Positions 1 to 8,764 of a stretch of DNA of 64,000 bases are shown here, piece after piece. The notes under the pieces were generated by a model. It was not told the DNA's origin and searched no databases. It worked only from the letters and a program-made list of their open reading frames with translations. This stretch comes from an uncultured Bacteroidota bacterium (lineage in GTDB: Bacteria > Bacteroidota > Bacteroidia > Bacteroidales > WCHB1-69): NCBI GenBank assembly GCA_902774175.1, contig CACYHG010000002.1:27297-91296 (forward strand). The letters run 5' to 3'. Both the position numbers and the translations under genes were made by a program. Each line of letters opens with the position of its first letter. Within the stretch, counting starts at the first letter, position 1.

Positions 1-222
1 TCCGGAGAGAAGCAGCCACATCCATGTGGCACTGTCCGCAAAGCGCGGCACAGGAACACCCATGGTCAGCCAGAGCGTCAGTGCAAGGAAAACAAGCGAC
101 ATGCTCATGCGGACGGCGTTGAATGGCAACGATCCTATGCGTTTGGAGCCGACCTCTGCGTACAGCGCGGTCACCGTCCATGCAGCGGCCACAATGAGTG
201 AAAGTGTTTCCCCTACAAACAT
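1..222 (-). CDS. DMT/EamA-family transporter; only the N-terminal 74 aa are present because the gene runs off the window start
   Basis: My own minus-strand translation from the ATG at 220-222 gives MFVGETLSLIVAAAWTVTALYAEVGSKRIGSLPFNAVRMSMSLVFLALTLWLTMGVPVP.... The hydrophobic helices and the SKRIGS pattern are typical of EamA domains. The gene starts 4 nt after the flippase stop. Confidence 0.55.
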   Translation of the reverse strand, partial: MFVGETLSLIVAAAWTVTALYAEVGSKRIGSLPFNAVRMSMSLVFLALTLWLTMGVPVPRFADSATWMWLLLSG

Positions 223-226
223 GTGG

Positions 227-1729
227 TTACCGTTTTCTACCTACCAGACTGCGGAACAGTTCCCTTTCGTTCCAGACGACGGCGGCGAGGTAGACAATCA
301 TCAGCAATGTGTTGAAGGCGAACATCCAGCCTGCCTTTTCCGGGCGCAGCCAAAGGCTGCACGCGTAGAGTGCGAGCGCCAGCGCGAAATAGCCGAGCAG
401 GGCTTTCACAGGATAGTCGGCGATATATGGCTGGTATGTTGGATTCTTTTTGAGCCGCAGCGCGGTGAAGTAGGAGAGCAGCATGCAGATGCCGTATCCT
501 GCAAGGCCGCCCCAGGCGCAGGCCATATATCCGTACTTCGGGACAAAGATGAAGTTTATTGCCAGCAGTGCGGCGCATCCGATGCCGGAGAATATTGCGC
601 CCCACCAGGTCTTCTCCGCCTGCTTGTACCAGAATGAGAGGTTGAAGTAGATGCCCATGAAAATCTCCGCCATCATGACGATGGGGACGGTCCGCAGCCC
701 CTCCCAGTAGTCCCGTTTGATGATATATTTGAAGATGTCCATGTAAAGCACCACCACCAGAAAGGCGAAGAGGGTGAAAACCACAAAATACTTCATCACG
801 GCAGACTGGTCGGCCAGACTTTCCTTTCCCTTTTTGCCTCCGAAGACAAACGGCTCGTAGGCGTAGCGGAAGGCCTGGGTTATCATGGCCATGATCATTG
901 CGATTTTGACGCATGCGCCGTAGATGCCAAGCTGCACCTCACCCTCGCTGCCGGGCACGATGAAGCGGTAGCATATTTTGTCGGCCACCTGGTTCAGTAT
1001 GCCTATGACCCCCATAAGCAGCAGCGGCCATGTATATTTTAGCATCTGTTTCAGCAGTGTGAAGTCAATGCCTTGGCGAAGCCCCTTCAGCTCAGGAATG
1101 AAGCCGAATGTGACGGAAGCGGTGCATATCAGATTGACAATGAAAATATAGCCCACCTGGTAGTCCGGACGGTACCAGCCCATCAGGGCGGGATGGCTTT
1201 CCGCCAGGGCGGGGGCGAGCAGGAAAATGAAGAGGTTAAGCCCGATGTTGAAAATGATGAAGCCTAATTTGAGGATGGCGAACTTCCAGGCGCGGTGCTC
1301 GAAACGGAGCCGTGCGAAAAGTATGGCCTGGAATGCGTCCAGTCCGACCACGGCGGCCATGATGCGGATGAATTCGGGATGCGCCTCGTAGTGCAGCGCG
1401 GAGGCTATCGGGCCTGTGAAGATGAAGCAGGCGGCCACGAAAAGCAGCGCGACCGTACCGACTGCGCCTAAGGCGGTGGAGAAAATCTGTCCGGACTTGT
1501 CCTTCTCCCTGTTGGCAAAATAGAAAAAGGTGGTCTCCATTCCGAAGGTGAGCAGCACCAGCAGCAGCGCGGTGTATGCATAAAGGTTGGTGACAATGCC
1601 GTATCCGCCGGAGGCTGCGGCTATCTTGTAGGTGTACAGCGGCACCAGCAGGTAGTTCAGGAAACGCCCGATAATGCTGCTCAGTCCGTAAATGACCGAT
1701 TCTCCCAACAGTTTCTTCAAGTTGCCCAT
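227..1729 (-). CDS. Polysaccharide/oligosaccharide flippase (MOP/Wzx-type, multi-pass membrane protein)
   Basis: Start MGNLKKLLGESVIYGLSSIIGRFLNYLLVPLYT is a typical Wzx-like N-terminus, and the protein has about 12-14 hydrophobic helices. I chose the ATG at 1729 (aa 23 of the track ORF) because a TAnnTTTG box lies 27 nt upstream. Confidence 0.8.
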   Translation of the reverse strand: MGNLKKLLGESVIYGLSSIIGRFLNYLLVPLYTYKIAAASGGYGIVTNLYAYTALLLVLLTFGMETTFFYFANREKDKSGQIFSTALGAVGTVALLFVAACFIFTGPIASALHYEAHPEFIRIMAAVVGLDAFQAILFARLRFEHRAWKFAILKLGFIIFNIGLNLFIFLLAPALAESHPALMGWYRPDYQVGYIFIVNLICTASVTFGFIPELKGLRQGIDFTLLKQMLKYTWPLLLMGVIGILNQVADKICYRFIVPGSEGEVQLGIYGACVKIAMIMAMITQAFRYAYEPFVFGGKKGKESLADQSAVMKYFVVFTLFAFLVVVLYMDIFKYIIKRDYWEGLRTVPIVMMAEIFMGIYFNLSFWYKQAEKTWWGAIFSGIGCAALLAINFIFVPKYGYMACAWGGLAGYGICMLLSYFTALRLKKNPTYQPYIADYPVKALLGYFALALALYACSLWLRPEKAGWMFAFNTLLMIVYLAAVVWNERELFRSLVGRKR

Positions 1730-1755
1730 AAAAATCCCTATTATTGAAAACGGTG

Positions 1756-1763
1756 CAAAAGTA
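1756..1763 (-). promoter_or_regulatory. Bacteroidetes-type -7 box (TACTTTTG on the minus strand) for the flippase gene
   Basis: The plus strand reads caaaagta, matching the Bacteroides sigma-AB -7 consensus TAnnTTTG. It sits 27 nt upstream of the ATG. Confidence 0.5.
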
Positions 1764-1809
1764 ATGATTTTTTGCGTGCGAAACAGTGAAAGCATATGCG
1801 AAAAATGTT

Positions 1810-1817
1810 TATATTTG
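1810..1817 (+). promoter_or_regulatory. -7 box TATATTTG for the polyferredoxin/AKR operon
   Basis: tatatttg matches TAnnTTTG and lies 69 nt upstream of the ATG at 1886, in the divergent intergenic region. Confidence 0.45.
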
Positions 1818-1885
1818 CAAATTCAAAACAGAGGGTGGGGCGGAGAGCTTCCGGCTTGTTTTGAAAATAATTAATAGACAATAAG

Positions 1886-3352
1886 ATGTTACGGAAAATA
1901 AGGGTTATTATTGCGGTTCTCTTTTTCATAGGGATCACACTGCTTTTTTTGGATTTTACCGGCATGGTTCAACTCTGGCTGGGATGGATGGCGAAAATTC
2001 AGTTCCTGCCGGCATTGCTGGCGTGCAATTTTGTAATCGTGGCGGGACTGCTGATGCTGACCTTGCTTTTCGGGCGGGTGTATTGCTCCGTAATCTGTCC
2101 GTTGGGGGGGATGCAGGATGTCTTTTCCTGGTTGGGCGGCAAGGTGAAAAAAGGGCGGTTCCGTTACCGGAAACCGCATACGTGGCTGCGCTACGGCATT
2201 CTCTGCCTCTTTGTGCTGCTGATGCTGGCAGGAGTGCATTCCCTTGTGATGCTTATCGCCCCTTACAGCGCGTACGGGCGCATCGCCTCCCAGCTGTTCG
2301 CCCCGCTGTATGCCTGGGGTAACAACGGCCTGGCAGCTTTGGCGGAGCATTTCGGCAGCTATGCCTTTTATCCTGTTGAGGTAAGGACGGTCGGGGTTTC
2401 CGCCCTTGTGGTGGCGGCACTGACGTTCGTCGTGGTGGCGGCATGGTCGTTCAAGAGCGGCAGGATGTGGTGCAACACCATCTGCCCGGTTGGGACGGTG
2501 CTGGGCTTCGTCTCCCGGTTCTCCCTTTTCAAACCGATAATTGATAATACGAAATGCGTTCATTGCGGACGTTGCGAGAAAAACTGCAAGGCCTCCTGCG
2601 TGGACAGCGGAAACTGCCTTGTTGACTACAGCCGCTGCGTGGGCTGCATGGACTGTCTGGAGCAGTGCCATGCCGGAGCCATCCGCTACGGCTTGCGCAA
2701 AAAGGTGAAAAACCCGCAGTCTTCCGCCCCTGCGGACGGTTCGCGGCGCGATTTCCTGAAGGTCTCCGCACTGGTTGCCGGAGGCGCCCTCCTGGAGTCG
2801 GCCTCCCTTAAGGTGGACGGTGGGCTTGCGGTGATAGAGGAGAAGAAAAGGCCGGTGCGCTCCAATCCGGTTCGTCCGGCAGGTTCAATGGACTGCCGCC
2901 ATTTTGAGCGTCACTGCACCGCATGTATGCTCTGCGTGAGCAATTGTCCGCAAAAGGTGCTCACACCATCGTCAAAACTGGACACCATGCTGACCCCCGA
3001 ACTTGATTTCACAAAGGGGTTCTGCCGTCCGGAATGCACCCGTTGCTCGGAGTTGTGCCCAACCGGTGCCATACATCGTGTGACGGTGGAGGAGAAGTCC
3101 TCCATCCAGACGGGACATGCGGTCTGGGTGGCTGAAAACTGCATCGCCAACAGGGACGGGGTGCATTGCGAGGCCTGTTCCGGCCACTGCCCGTCCGGTG
3201 CCATACAGCTGGTCCGGCAGGAAAACGGACGTATGGTTCCGGCGGTGGACTCCGAACGCTGCATCGGCTGCGGTGCATGTGAGTATTATTGTCCGGCACG
3301 TCCTTTCGCGGCCATCTATGTGGAGGGGCATGTCGCACACCGTATCATTTAA
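1886..3352 (+). CDS. Membrane polyferredoxin: NapH/MauN-like N-terminal half fused to a NapG/MauM-like C-terminal ferredoxin half
   Basis: TM helices carry two RxxC-x3-CP motifs (GRVYCSVICPLG, GRMWCNTICPVG). There are six CxxCxxCxxxC(P) clusters: CVHCGRCEKNC, CVGCMDCLEQC, CTACMLCVSNCP, CTRCSELCP, CEACSGHCP and CIGCGACEYYCP. An internal SRRDFLKVSALVAGGALL motif sits at aa 286-303. Confidence 0.8.
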   Translation: MLRKIRVIIAVLFFIGITLLFLDFTGMVQLWLGWMAKIQFLPALLACNFVIVAGLLMLTLLFGRVYCSVICPLGGMQDVFSWLGGKVKKGRFRYRKPHTWLRYGILCLFVLLMLAGVHSLVMLIAPYSAYGRIASQLFAPLYAWGNNGLAALAEHFGSYAFYPVEVRTVGVSALVVAALTFVVVAAWSFKSGRMWCNTICPVGTVLGFVSRFSLFKPIIDNTKCVHCGRCEKNCKASCVDSGNCLVDYSRCVGCMDCLEQCHAGAIRYGLRKKVKNPQSSAPADGSRRDFLKVSALVAGGALLESASLKVDGGLAVIEEKKRPVRSNPVRPAGSMDCRHFERHCTACMLCVSNCPQKVLTPSSKLDTMLTPELDFTKGFCRPECTRCSELCPTGAIHRVTVEEKSSIQTGHAVWVAENCIANRDGVHCEACSGHCPSGAIQLVRQENGRMVPAVDSERCIGCGACEYYCPARPFAAIYVEGHVAHRII

Positions 3353-3362
3353 AATTGAAGTC

Positions 3363-4826
3363 ATGAGCAAGAACCGGCATACAATCATATCTGAAAAGGA
3401 GACCCCGGAGGGGAAAAACATCACGCGCAGGCAGTTCCTGAAAGTTGGAGTTGCGGCAGTGGCTGCCACGGCGCTTGCCACGGCCTGCGGACGCAAACAG
3501 CCCGAATCGTCGGAGGCGGCGGCTTTGGGCGAGGTGCCGGAGGGGAAGATGACCTACCGGACCAATGCAAAGGGCGACAAGGTCTCGCTGCTGGGCTACG
3601 GAAGCATGCGGCTGCCCATTGTCAATGGGGGCAGCGCACGCGAAACGGAGGGAGAGATCGATGTGGCGGCGGTGAAGGAGCAGATTGCCTATGCCTTTGC
3701 CCACGGCCTGAACATGATTGACACCGCTCCGCCCTATTGCAAGGGGCGTTCCGAAACGGTGATGGGGGAGGTGCTGGCCGATTATCCGCGCAGCAGCTAC
3801 TACCTCTCCACCAAACTCTCCAATTTCACACCTGACACGTGGGGGCTTGAGGCCTCAAAGGCCATCTATTACAATTCGCTGAAATCCCTGCGGACGGAAT
3901 ATCTCGATTTTCTGCTGCTGCACAGCTGCGGCATGCCAGGAAGGGATCTGGAGGGACATGAACTGAGCGGAATGCAGGTTTTTGAAAGGCGTTTTATCGA
4001 AAACGGCATGCTTGATTTCCTTATGGAGGAGCGTGCTGCGGGGCGGATACGCAACCTCGGATTCTCCCACCACGGCGATGTGGAGGTGTTCGACCGCCTG
4101 CTTTCCGAACATGACCGCTACCATTGGGATGTTGCCCTTATCCAGCACAACTATGTGGATTGGAAACATGCGCGTGAAATCAATCCGCGCAACACAAATT
4201 CCGAATACCTGTACGGAGAACTCTCCAAACGTGGCATCCCCGCCTTTGTGATGGAGCCGCTGCTTGGAGGCCGTCTGGCGCAGGTGAACGAATTCGCCAT
4301 GGGGCAGATGAAGGCAAGGGAGCCGCAGTCATCCCCAGCATCATGGGCGTTCCGTTTTGCGGGCAACCAGCCCGGCATACTTTCCGTCTTCAGCGGCATG
4401 ACCTACATGGAGCATCTGCAGGACAACCTGCGCACCTATTCCCCGCACAGGCCGCTGAGCGACGACGAGCTGGCAATGCTCTCCGACATCGCAACCGTTT
4501 TCGCCCGTTTTCCGGAGATACCATGCACACATTGCGAATACTGCATGCCATGCCCCTACGGCCTGGACATTCCGGAGATTTTCTCCCATTATAACAAGAG
4601 CCTGCGGGAGGGGAATGTAGTGGCTGACACCGGAAGCGCCTCTTACCGCAAGGCACGCAGGGCCTTCCTGGTCGGGTACGGACGCAAAGTGCCGGGTATG
4701 CGGCAGGCCGACCACTGCATCCGTTGCGGAGTCTGCCTATCACATTGCCCGCAGGGTATCGACATCCCTGCGGAGATGGGGCGCATCGGCGGGTTTACCG
4801 AAGAACTTAAAAAACAAATGATCTGA
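3363..4826 (+). CDS. Aldo/keto reductase with C-terminal 4Fe-4S domain; carries a Tat signal plus lipobox
   Basis: Start MSKNRH... followed by TRRQFLKVGVAAVAATALATAC (twin-arginine motif, then lipobox Cys). The AKR core shows GYGSMRLP and IDTAPPYCKGRSE. The C-terminus has CTHCEYCMPCP and CIRCGVCLSHCP. The upstream part of the track ORF overlaps the previous gene and was discarded. Confidence 0.8.
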   Translation: MSKNRHTIISEKETPEGKNITRRQFLKVGVAAVAATALATACGRKQPESSEAAALGEVPEGKMTYRTNAKGDKVSLLGYGSMRLPIVNGGSARETEGEIDVAAVKEQIAYAFAHGLNMIDTAPPYCKGRSETVMGEVLADYPRSSYYLSTKLSNFTPDTWGLEASKAIYYNSLKSLRTEYLDFLLLHSCGMPGRDLEGHELSGMQVFERRFIENGMLDFLMEERAAGRIRNLGFSHHGDVEVFDRLLSEHDRYHWDVALIQHNYVDWKHAREINPRNTNSEYLYGELSKRGIPAFVMEPLLGGRLAQVNEFAMGQMKAREPQSSPASWAFRFAGNQPGILSVFSGMTYMEHLQDNLRTYSPHRPLSDDELAMLSDIATVFARFPEIPCTHCEYCMPCPYGLDIPEIFSHYNKSLREGNVVADTGSASYRKARRAFLVGYGRKVPGMRQADHCIRCGVCLSHCPQGIDIPAEMGRIGGFTEELKKQMI

Positions 4827-4844
4827 CAATAAAAAAGAGATATT

Positions 4845-7061
4845 ATGGCATCAAAAAAAATCACCAAGGCTTTGAAGAAGGTGGCGGGCGGCAACGCCTA
4901 CGACTGGAAATTTGTTAATGTGGGCGGAACCACGCGCGTCAGCATCCAATCCGGTGCCGACATTGCCCATCTGGGGGAACTGGACCAGAAAATGTGGACC
5001 GTGCTGAGCTGTCCTGTCAAGGGGCTTGAAATTGACGAGCGCACCCTGCAGCTGATGGATTCGGACGCGGACGGGAAAATCCGCGCCAACGAGGTTGTGG
5101 AGACGGCGGAATGGCTCACCTCAGTGCTGAACAATCCGGACGACCTGCTCAAGCAGGAGGACTCTCTTCCCCTTTCCGCCATCAAACAGGAGAATGAGGA
5201 GGGTGCGAAGCTCTTCGATTCCGCAAAGCATATTCTGGCCAATCTTGGCAAGGAGGGTGATGCGATTTCGGTGGCCGACACCGCAGACAGGCTGGCCATC
5301 TTCGCCAAGACCCGCTTCAACGGGGACGGGGTCATAACGGAGCAGACCTGCGAGGAGGAGACTCTGAAGAACCTTGTGGCCGCCTGCATGAAGGCTGAAG
5401 GTTCCACGGAGGACCGCAGCGGTGAGCAGGGAGTGAACGCGGAGCAGCTGGAGAACTTCTTCACCCATTGCCGCGAATATGCCGACTGGAAGGCGCTTGC
5501 CGCTGATGGCAGCCCAATCCTTCCTTACGGCGACAGGACCGCTGAGGCTTTCGCCACATACGAATCGGTGCGGGACAAGATTGACGACTATTTCCTGCGC
5601 TGCCGTTTCACAGCATTCCATGAGGATGCGGCGGAGACGCTGGATGTCCCTGCGGCGCGGCTTGAAGGCATTGCGGAGAAAAACCTTACAGCCTGTCTGG
5701 ATGAAATATCCTCGTATCCATTGGCGCGTGTGCGCAAGGAGGCGGTGCTGCCTCTTGCCGAGGGGCTGAACCCCGCATGGGAGAAGGCTGTCTCAACCTT
5801 GAACGCTACTGTCTTCCAGACGGAATTTCCTGGAAAGGATGCACTTTCGGAGGCTGACTGGCAGGCTGTCAGATCCCGCTTCGCCCCGTATGCGGAGTGG
5901 CTCTCCAACAAGAAGGGGGCGGAGGTGGAGCCGCTTGAGCCTGAAATCATCCAGAGCGCATTGGAGCCTGCAAACCAAAAGGCTTTGCTTGACCTGATGG
6001 AGCAGGACAAGGCGCTGGAGGCTGAGGCTCTTGAGATACAGAATGTGGACAAACTGCTGCACTGCTACCGCGATTTCTACAAGCTGCTCAAAAACTACAT
6101 CACCTTCGTTGATTTCTACGACAGGACTGAAGACCTCAAGGCGGTGTTCCAGGCAGGCACCCTTTACATTGACCAGCGGAGCTGCGACCTCTGCCTGAAG
6201 GTCTCCGACATGCCAAAGCACATGCAGTCCGCCGGATTGAGCGGCATGTTCCTGATGTACTGCGAATGCCGCTCCAAGGTGAAGAACGAGACCATGACAA
6301 TTGTGGCCGCCATGACTGACGGCGACGTGAACGACCTGCGCGAAGGCAAGAACGCCGTCTTCTATGACCGCAACGGCCTCGATTGGGACGCCACCATAAT
6401 CAAGATAATGGACAACCCGATAAGTGTGCGGCAGGCCTTCTGGTCACCGTACCGCAAGTTCGGACGTTTTGTAAATGAGCAGATAAGCAAGTTCGCTTCG
6501 GACAAGGAGTCGAAGGTGACCTCCGACATGTCATCCGGCGTCTCCGATGCGGGTACCAAGCTTGCCGAGCAGTCTTCCAATGCCGATGCAGCGGCGGCGG
6601 CTCCGGAAAACAAGCCGAAATCCGCTTTTGACATGAGCAAGTTCCTTGGACTGTTCGCGGTGATCGGCATGGCCTTGGGCACCATCTGCGGATTTGTGTT
6701 GGATTTGTGTCAGAGTTTCTTCCATTTGTCATGGTTGAAAATGATCATTGTGATTGTGGCTATAATGCTAGTGATTTCCGGTCCCTCAATGCTGCTGGCG
6801 TGGCTCAAGCTGCGCAAGCGCGACTTGGCGCCGGTGCTGAATGCCAACGGTTGGGCGATCAATGCGCGGGTGCTGGTCAACATTGTGTTCGGCTCCACGC
6901 TTACCCATATCGCCTCCTTCCCGATGGTTGCGGACCCCATGGCCGGAAAGAAGATGCCATGGTGGAAAAAGCTTTTCTGGCTGCTGTTTGTTCTGGCCGT
7001 GGTTTTCTGCGTGCTCTATTTCACCAACTGCCTCGCCCGTTTCGGACTCAAATGCAGATAG
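4845..7061 (+). CDS. Hypothetical 738-aa protein: soluble N-terminal region with one canonical EF-hand loop and about 3 C-terminal TM helices
   Basis: No signal peptide. DSDADGKIRANE (aa 72-83, nt 5058-5093) fits D-x-D-x-D-G-x-I-x-x-x-E. C-terminal hydrophobic segments are FLGLFAVIGMALGTICGFVL, MIIVIVAIMLVISGPSMLLAWL and LFWLLFVLAVVFCVLYF. I recognise no family. Confidence 0.7.
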   Translation: MASKKITKALKKVAGGNAYDWKFVNVGGTTRVSIQSGADIAHLGELDQKMWTVLSCPVKGLEIDERTLQLMDSDADGKIRANEVVETAEWLTSVLNNPDDLLKQEDSLPLSAIKQENEEGAKLFDSAKHILANLGKEGDAISVADTADRLAIFAKTRFNGDGVITEQTCEEETLKNLVAACMKAEGSTEDRSGEQGVNAEQLENFFTHCREYADWKALAADGSPILPYGDRTAEAFATYESVRDKIDDYFLRCRFTAFHEDAAETLDVPAARLEGIAEKNLTACLDEISSYPLARVRKEAVLPLAEGLNPAWEKAVSTLNATVFQTEFPGKDALSEADWQAVRSRFAPYAEWLSNKKGAEVEPLEPEIIQSALEPANQKALLDLMEQDKALEAEALEIQNVDKLLHCYRDFYKLLKNYITFVDFYDRTEDLKAVFQAGTLYIDQRSCDLCLKVSDMPKHMQSAGLSGMFLMYCECRSKVKNETMTIVAAMTDGDVNDLREGKNAVFYDRNGLDWDATIIKIMDNPISVRQAFWSPYRKFGRFVNEQISKFASDKESKVTSDMSSGVSDAGTKLAEQSSNADAAAAAPENKPKSAFDMSKFLGLFAVIGMALGTICGFVLDLCQSFFHLSWLKMIIVIVAIMLVISGPSMLLAWLKLRKRDLAPVLNANGWAINARVLVNIVFGSTLTHIASFPMVADPMAGKKMPWWKKLFWLLFVLAVVFCVLYFTNCLARFGLKCR

Positions 7062-7063
7062 GT

Positions 7064-8761
7064 ATGCCGCGATTGCAATGGCTGCTTGCCGGCCTGTTTT
7101 CACTTCTGGTGTGGGGAGCGGGGTTTGCCCAGGCTCCCCATGCCTGTGTCGTGCTGCTTAAGGACAAGGCGGGCAACGGCTGCACAATTTCGGAGCCGGA
7201 GCGTTTCCTTTCAGATTATGCCGTTGAAAAGCGGCGGCGGTTCCACATTCCGGTGACGGAGACGGATTTGCCCATCTCCCCGGCATATCTGGACACGCTC
7301 TCCCGTCTGGACAGCGGCTGCTTTGTGCTGACAACCTCCAAATGGTTCAATTATGTTGTGATAGGCACTAATGACAGTGTCGGAGTCTCCGATTCGTTGA
7401 GGGAGCGCATCGCTCTCTTCCCATGGGTTACTGGTGTATATGATCTGCACCAGATTCCGGATTCCCTGCTGCAATGTTGGTTTGACACTCTTTCGGCTGT
7501 CCGGGCTGTCGGCGGTGTGCCCGCTTCGCCCGCCGCACCTGCTGCGGACACATCTGATGCCGATTCCATTTGGGGCGCCTCCGCGCCACAGATAGCCTGT
7601 TTGAACGGCCTTTCCCTGCACCGTATGGGCTATTCAGGGCAGGGGATGCGGATAGCGGTGATTGACGGCGGTTTCCTGAATGTCGATTCCTTGGCCATGT
7701 TCGGTTCATTACGCAGTTCGGGAAGGCTGAAGGGTTACAGGAATGTTACGGAAGACACCACCGCCTTTTTCAGGGTGCAGGAGTCGCACGGGCAGAAGGT
7801 GCTCTCCATCATGGGGGTGAACTGTCCGGGCGAATATGTCGGGAGCGCACCGGATGCGGACTATTGGCTTTTCCGTTCAGAACATACCGGATATGAGGAT
7901 ATTCTGGAGGAATATTATTTTGTCGCCGCCATTGAGCTGGCTGACAGCATTGGCGCGGATGCGGCCAATGTCTCCTTAGGATACACCACATTCAATGACA
8001 AAAAACAGAATCACACCTGGTATGACCTGGACGGACGGCACAGCGTCGCATCCATAGCCGCGGAGGCGGCGGTGCACCGCGGCTGCATTGTGAATGTGGC
8101 CGCCGGCAATGAGGGGGAGAAAACCTGGCTCCTGTTCGGCATCCCCTCCGATGCGCCCGCAGTGCTTTGCGTGGCGGCTGTCAACAGGGACAGTGCGGTG
8201 GCCTCTTTCAGCTCCAAAGGTGATTCCATCTGGATGAAGCCGGACATTGCCTCCGTCGGATGGGGGACGGCCTTCTGTGATGTCAGCGATACGGTTGCTT
8301 ACGGCAATGGGACCTCGTTTGCCACACCGCTCAATGCCGGGCTGACCGCCTGTTTGTGGCAGGCTTTCCCGCAAAAGACGGCAGAGGAGGTGATCGACGC
8401 GGTGCGCCGGAGTGCCAACCGCTACAATGACTGGAACCGGCTTACCGGATATGGCATTTCTGACTATGCAAAGGCGTACCACATCCTGAAGGGTGATTTG
8501 ACAGTTGATGAAGCGGCGGAGGCACGGCTGCGTTTCAATTGTTATCCCAATCCGGTGAAGGAGACGCTCTGGCTGTCGCTGCCGGAGGGTTCTCCGGCGC
8601 GGACGGTGCGGCTGTACGATGCCCAAGGCCGTATGCTGCTGCGCATGCCGGTCAGCGGCACGCTGATGGAGATTGGTTTTTCAAACCTTCCAGCAGGTTC
8701 ATATTTCCTGCTGCTAAGCGGAGGCGGGGAGGATGCTGTGCGTATGGTGGTGAAGGAATAA
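7064..8761 (+). CDS. S8 (subtilisin-family) serine peptidase with T9SS C-terminal sorting domain
   Basis: Signal peptide MPRLQWLLAGLFSLLVWGAGFAQA. Catalytic motifs are AVIDGG (Asp), HGQKVLS (His) and GTSFATP (Ser). The C-terminus NCYPNPVKETLWLSL...GSYFLLLSGGGEDAVRMVVKE is Por-secretion-tail-like. The ATG at 7064 lies 2 nt after the previous stop. Confidence 0.85.
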   Translation: MPRLQWLLAGLFSLLVWGAGFAQAPHACVVLLKDKAGNGCTISEPERFLSDYAVEKRRRFHIPVTETDLPISPAYLDTLSRLDSGCFVLTTSKWFNYVVIGTNDSVGVSDSLRERIALFPWVTGVYDLHQIPDSLLQCWFDTLSAVRAVGGVPASPAAPAADTSDADSIWGASAPQIACLNGLSLHRMGYSGQGMRIAVIDGGFLNVDSLAMFGSLRSSGRLKGYRNVTEDTTAFFRVQESHGQKVLSIMGVNCPGEYVGSAPDADYWLFRSEHTGYEDILEEYYFVAAIELADSIGADAANVSLGYTTFNDKKQNHTWYDLDGRHSVASIAAEAAVHRGCIVNVAAGNEGEKTWLLFGIPSDAPAVLCVAAVNRDSAVASFSSKGDSIWMKPDIASVGWGTAFCDVSDTVAYGNGTSFATPLNAGLTACLWQAFPQKTAEEVIDAVRRSANRYNDWNRLTGYGISDYAKAYHILKGDLTVDEAAEARLRFNCYPNPVKETLWLSLPEGSPARTVRLYDAQGRMLLRMPVSGTLMEIGFSNLPAGSYFLLLSGGGEDAVRMVVKE

Positions 8762-8764
8762 TTT

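Noticed and set aside
26-637. 203-aa plus-strand ORF at the window start
   Set aside because: It overlaps the 3' end of the flippase gene and the 5' end of the DMT transporter gene on the opposite strand, and it has no motifs.
6707-7063. N-terminal extension of the S8 peptidase ORF (track start 6707), and likewise 3117-3362 for the AKR
   Set aside because: Both extensions overlap the preceding genes in another frame. Genuine signal peptides begin at 7064 and 3363.
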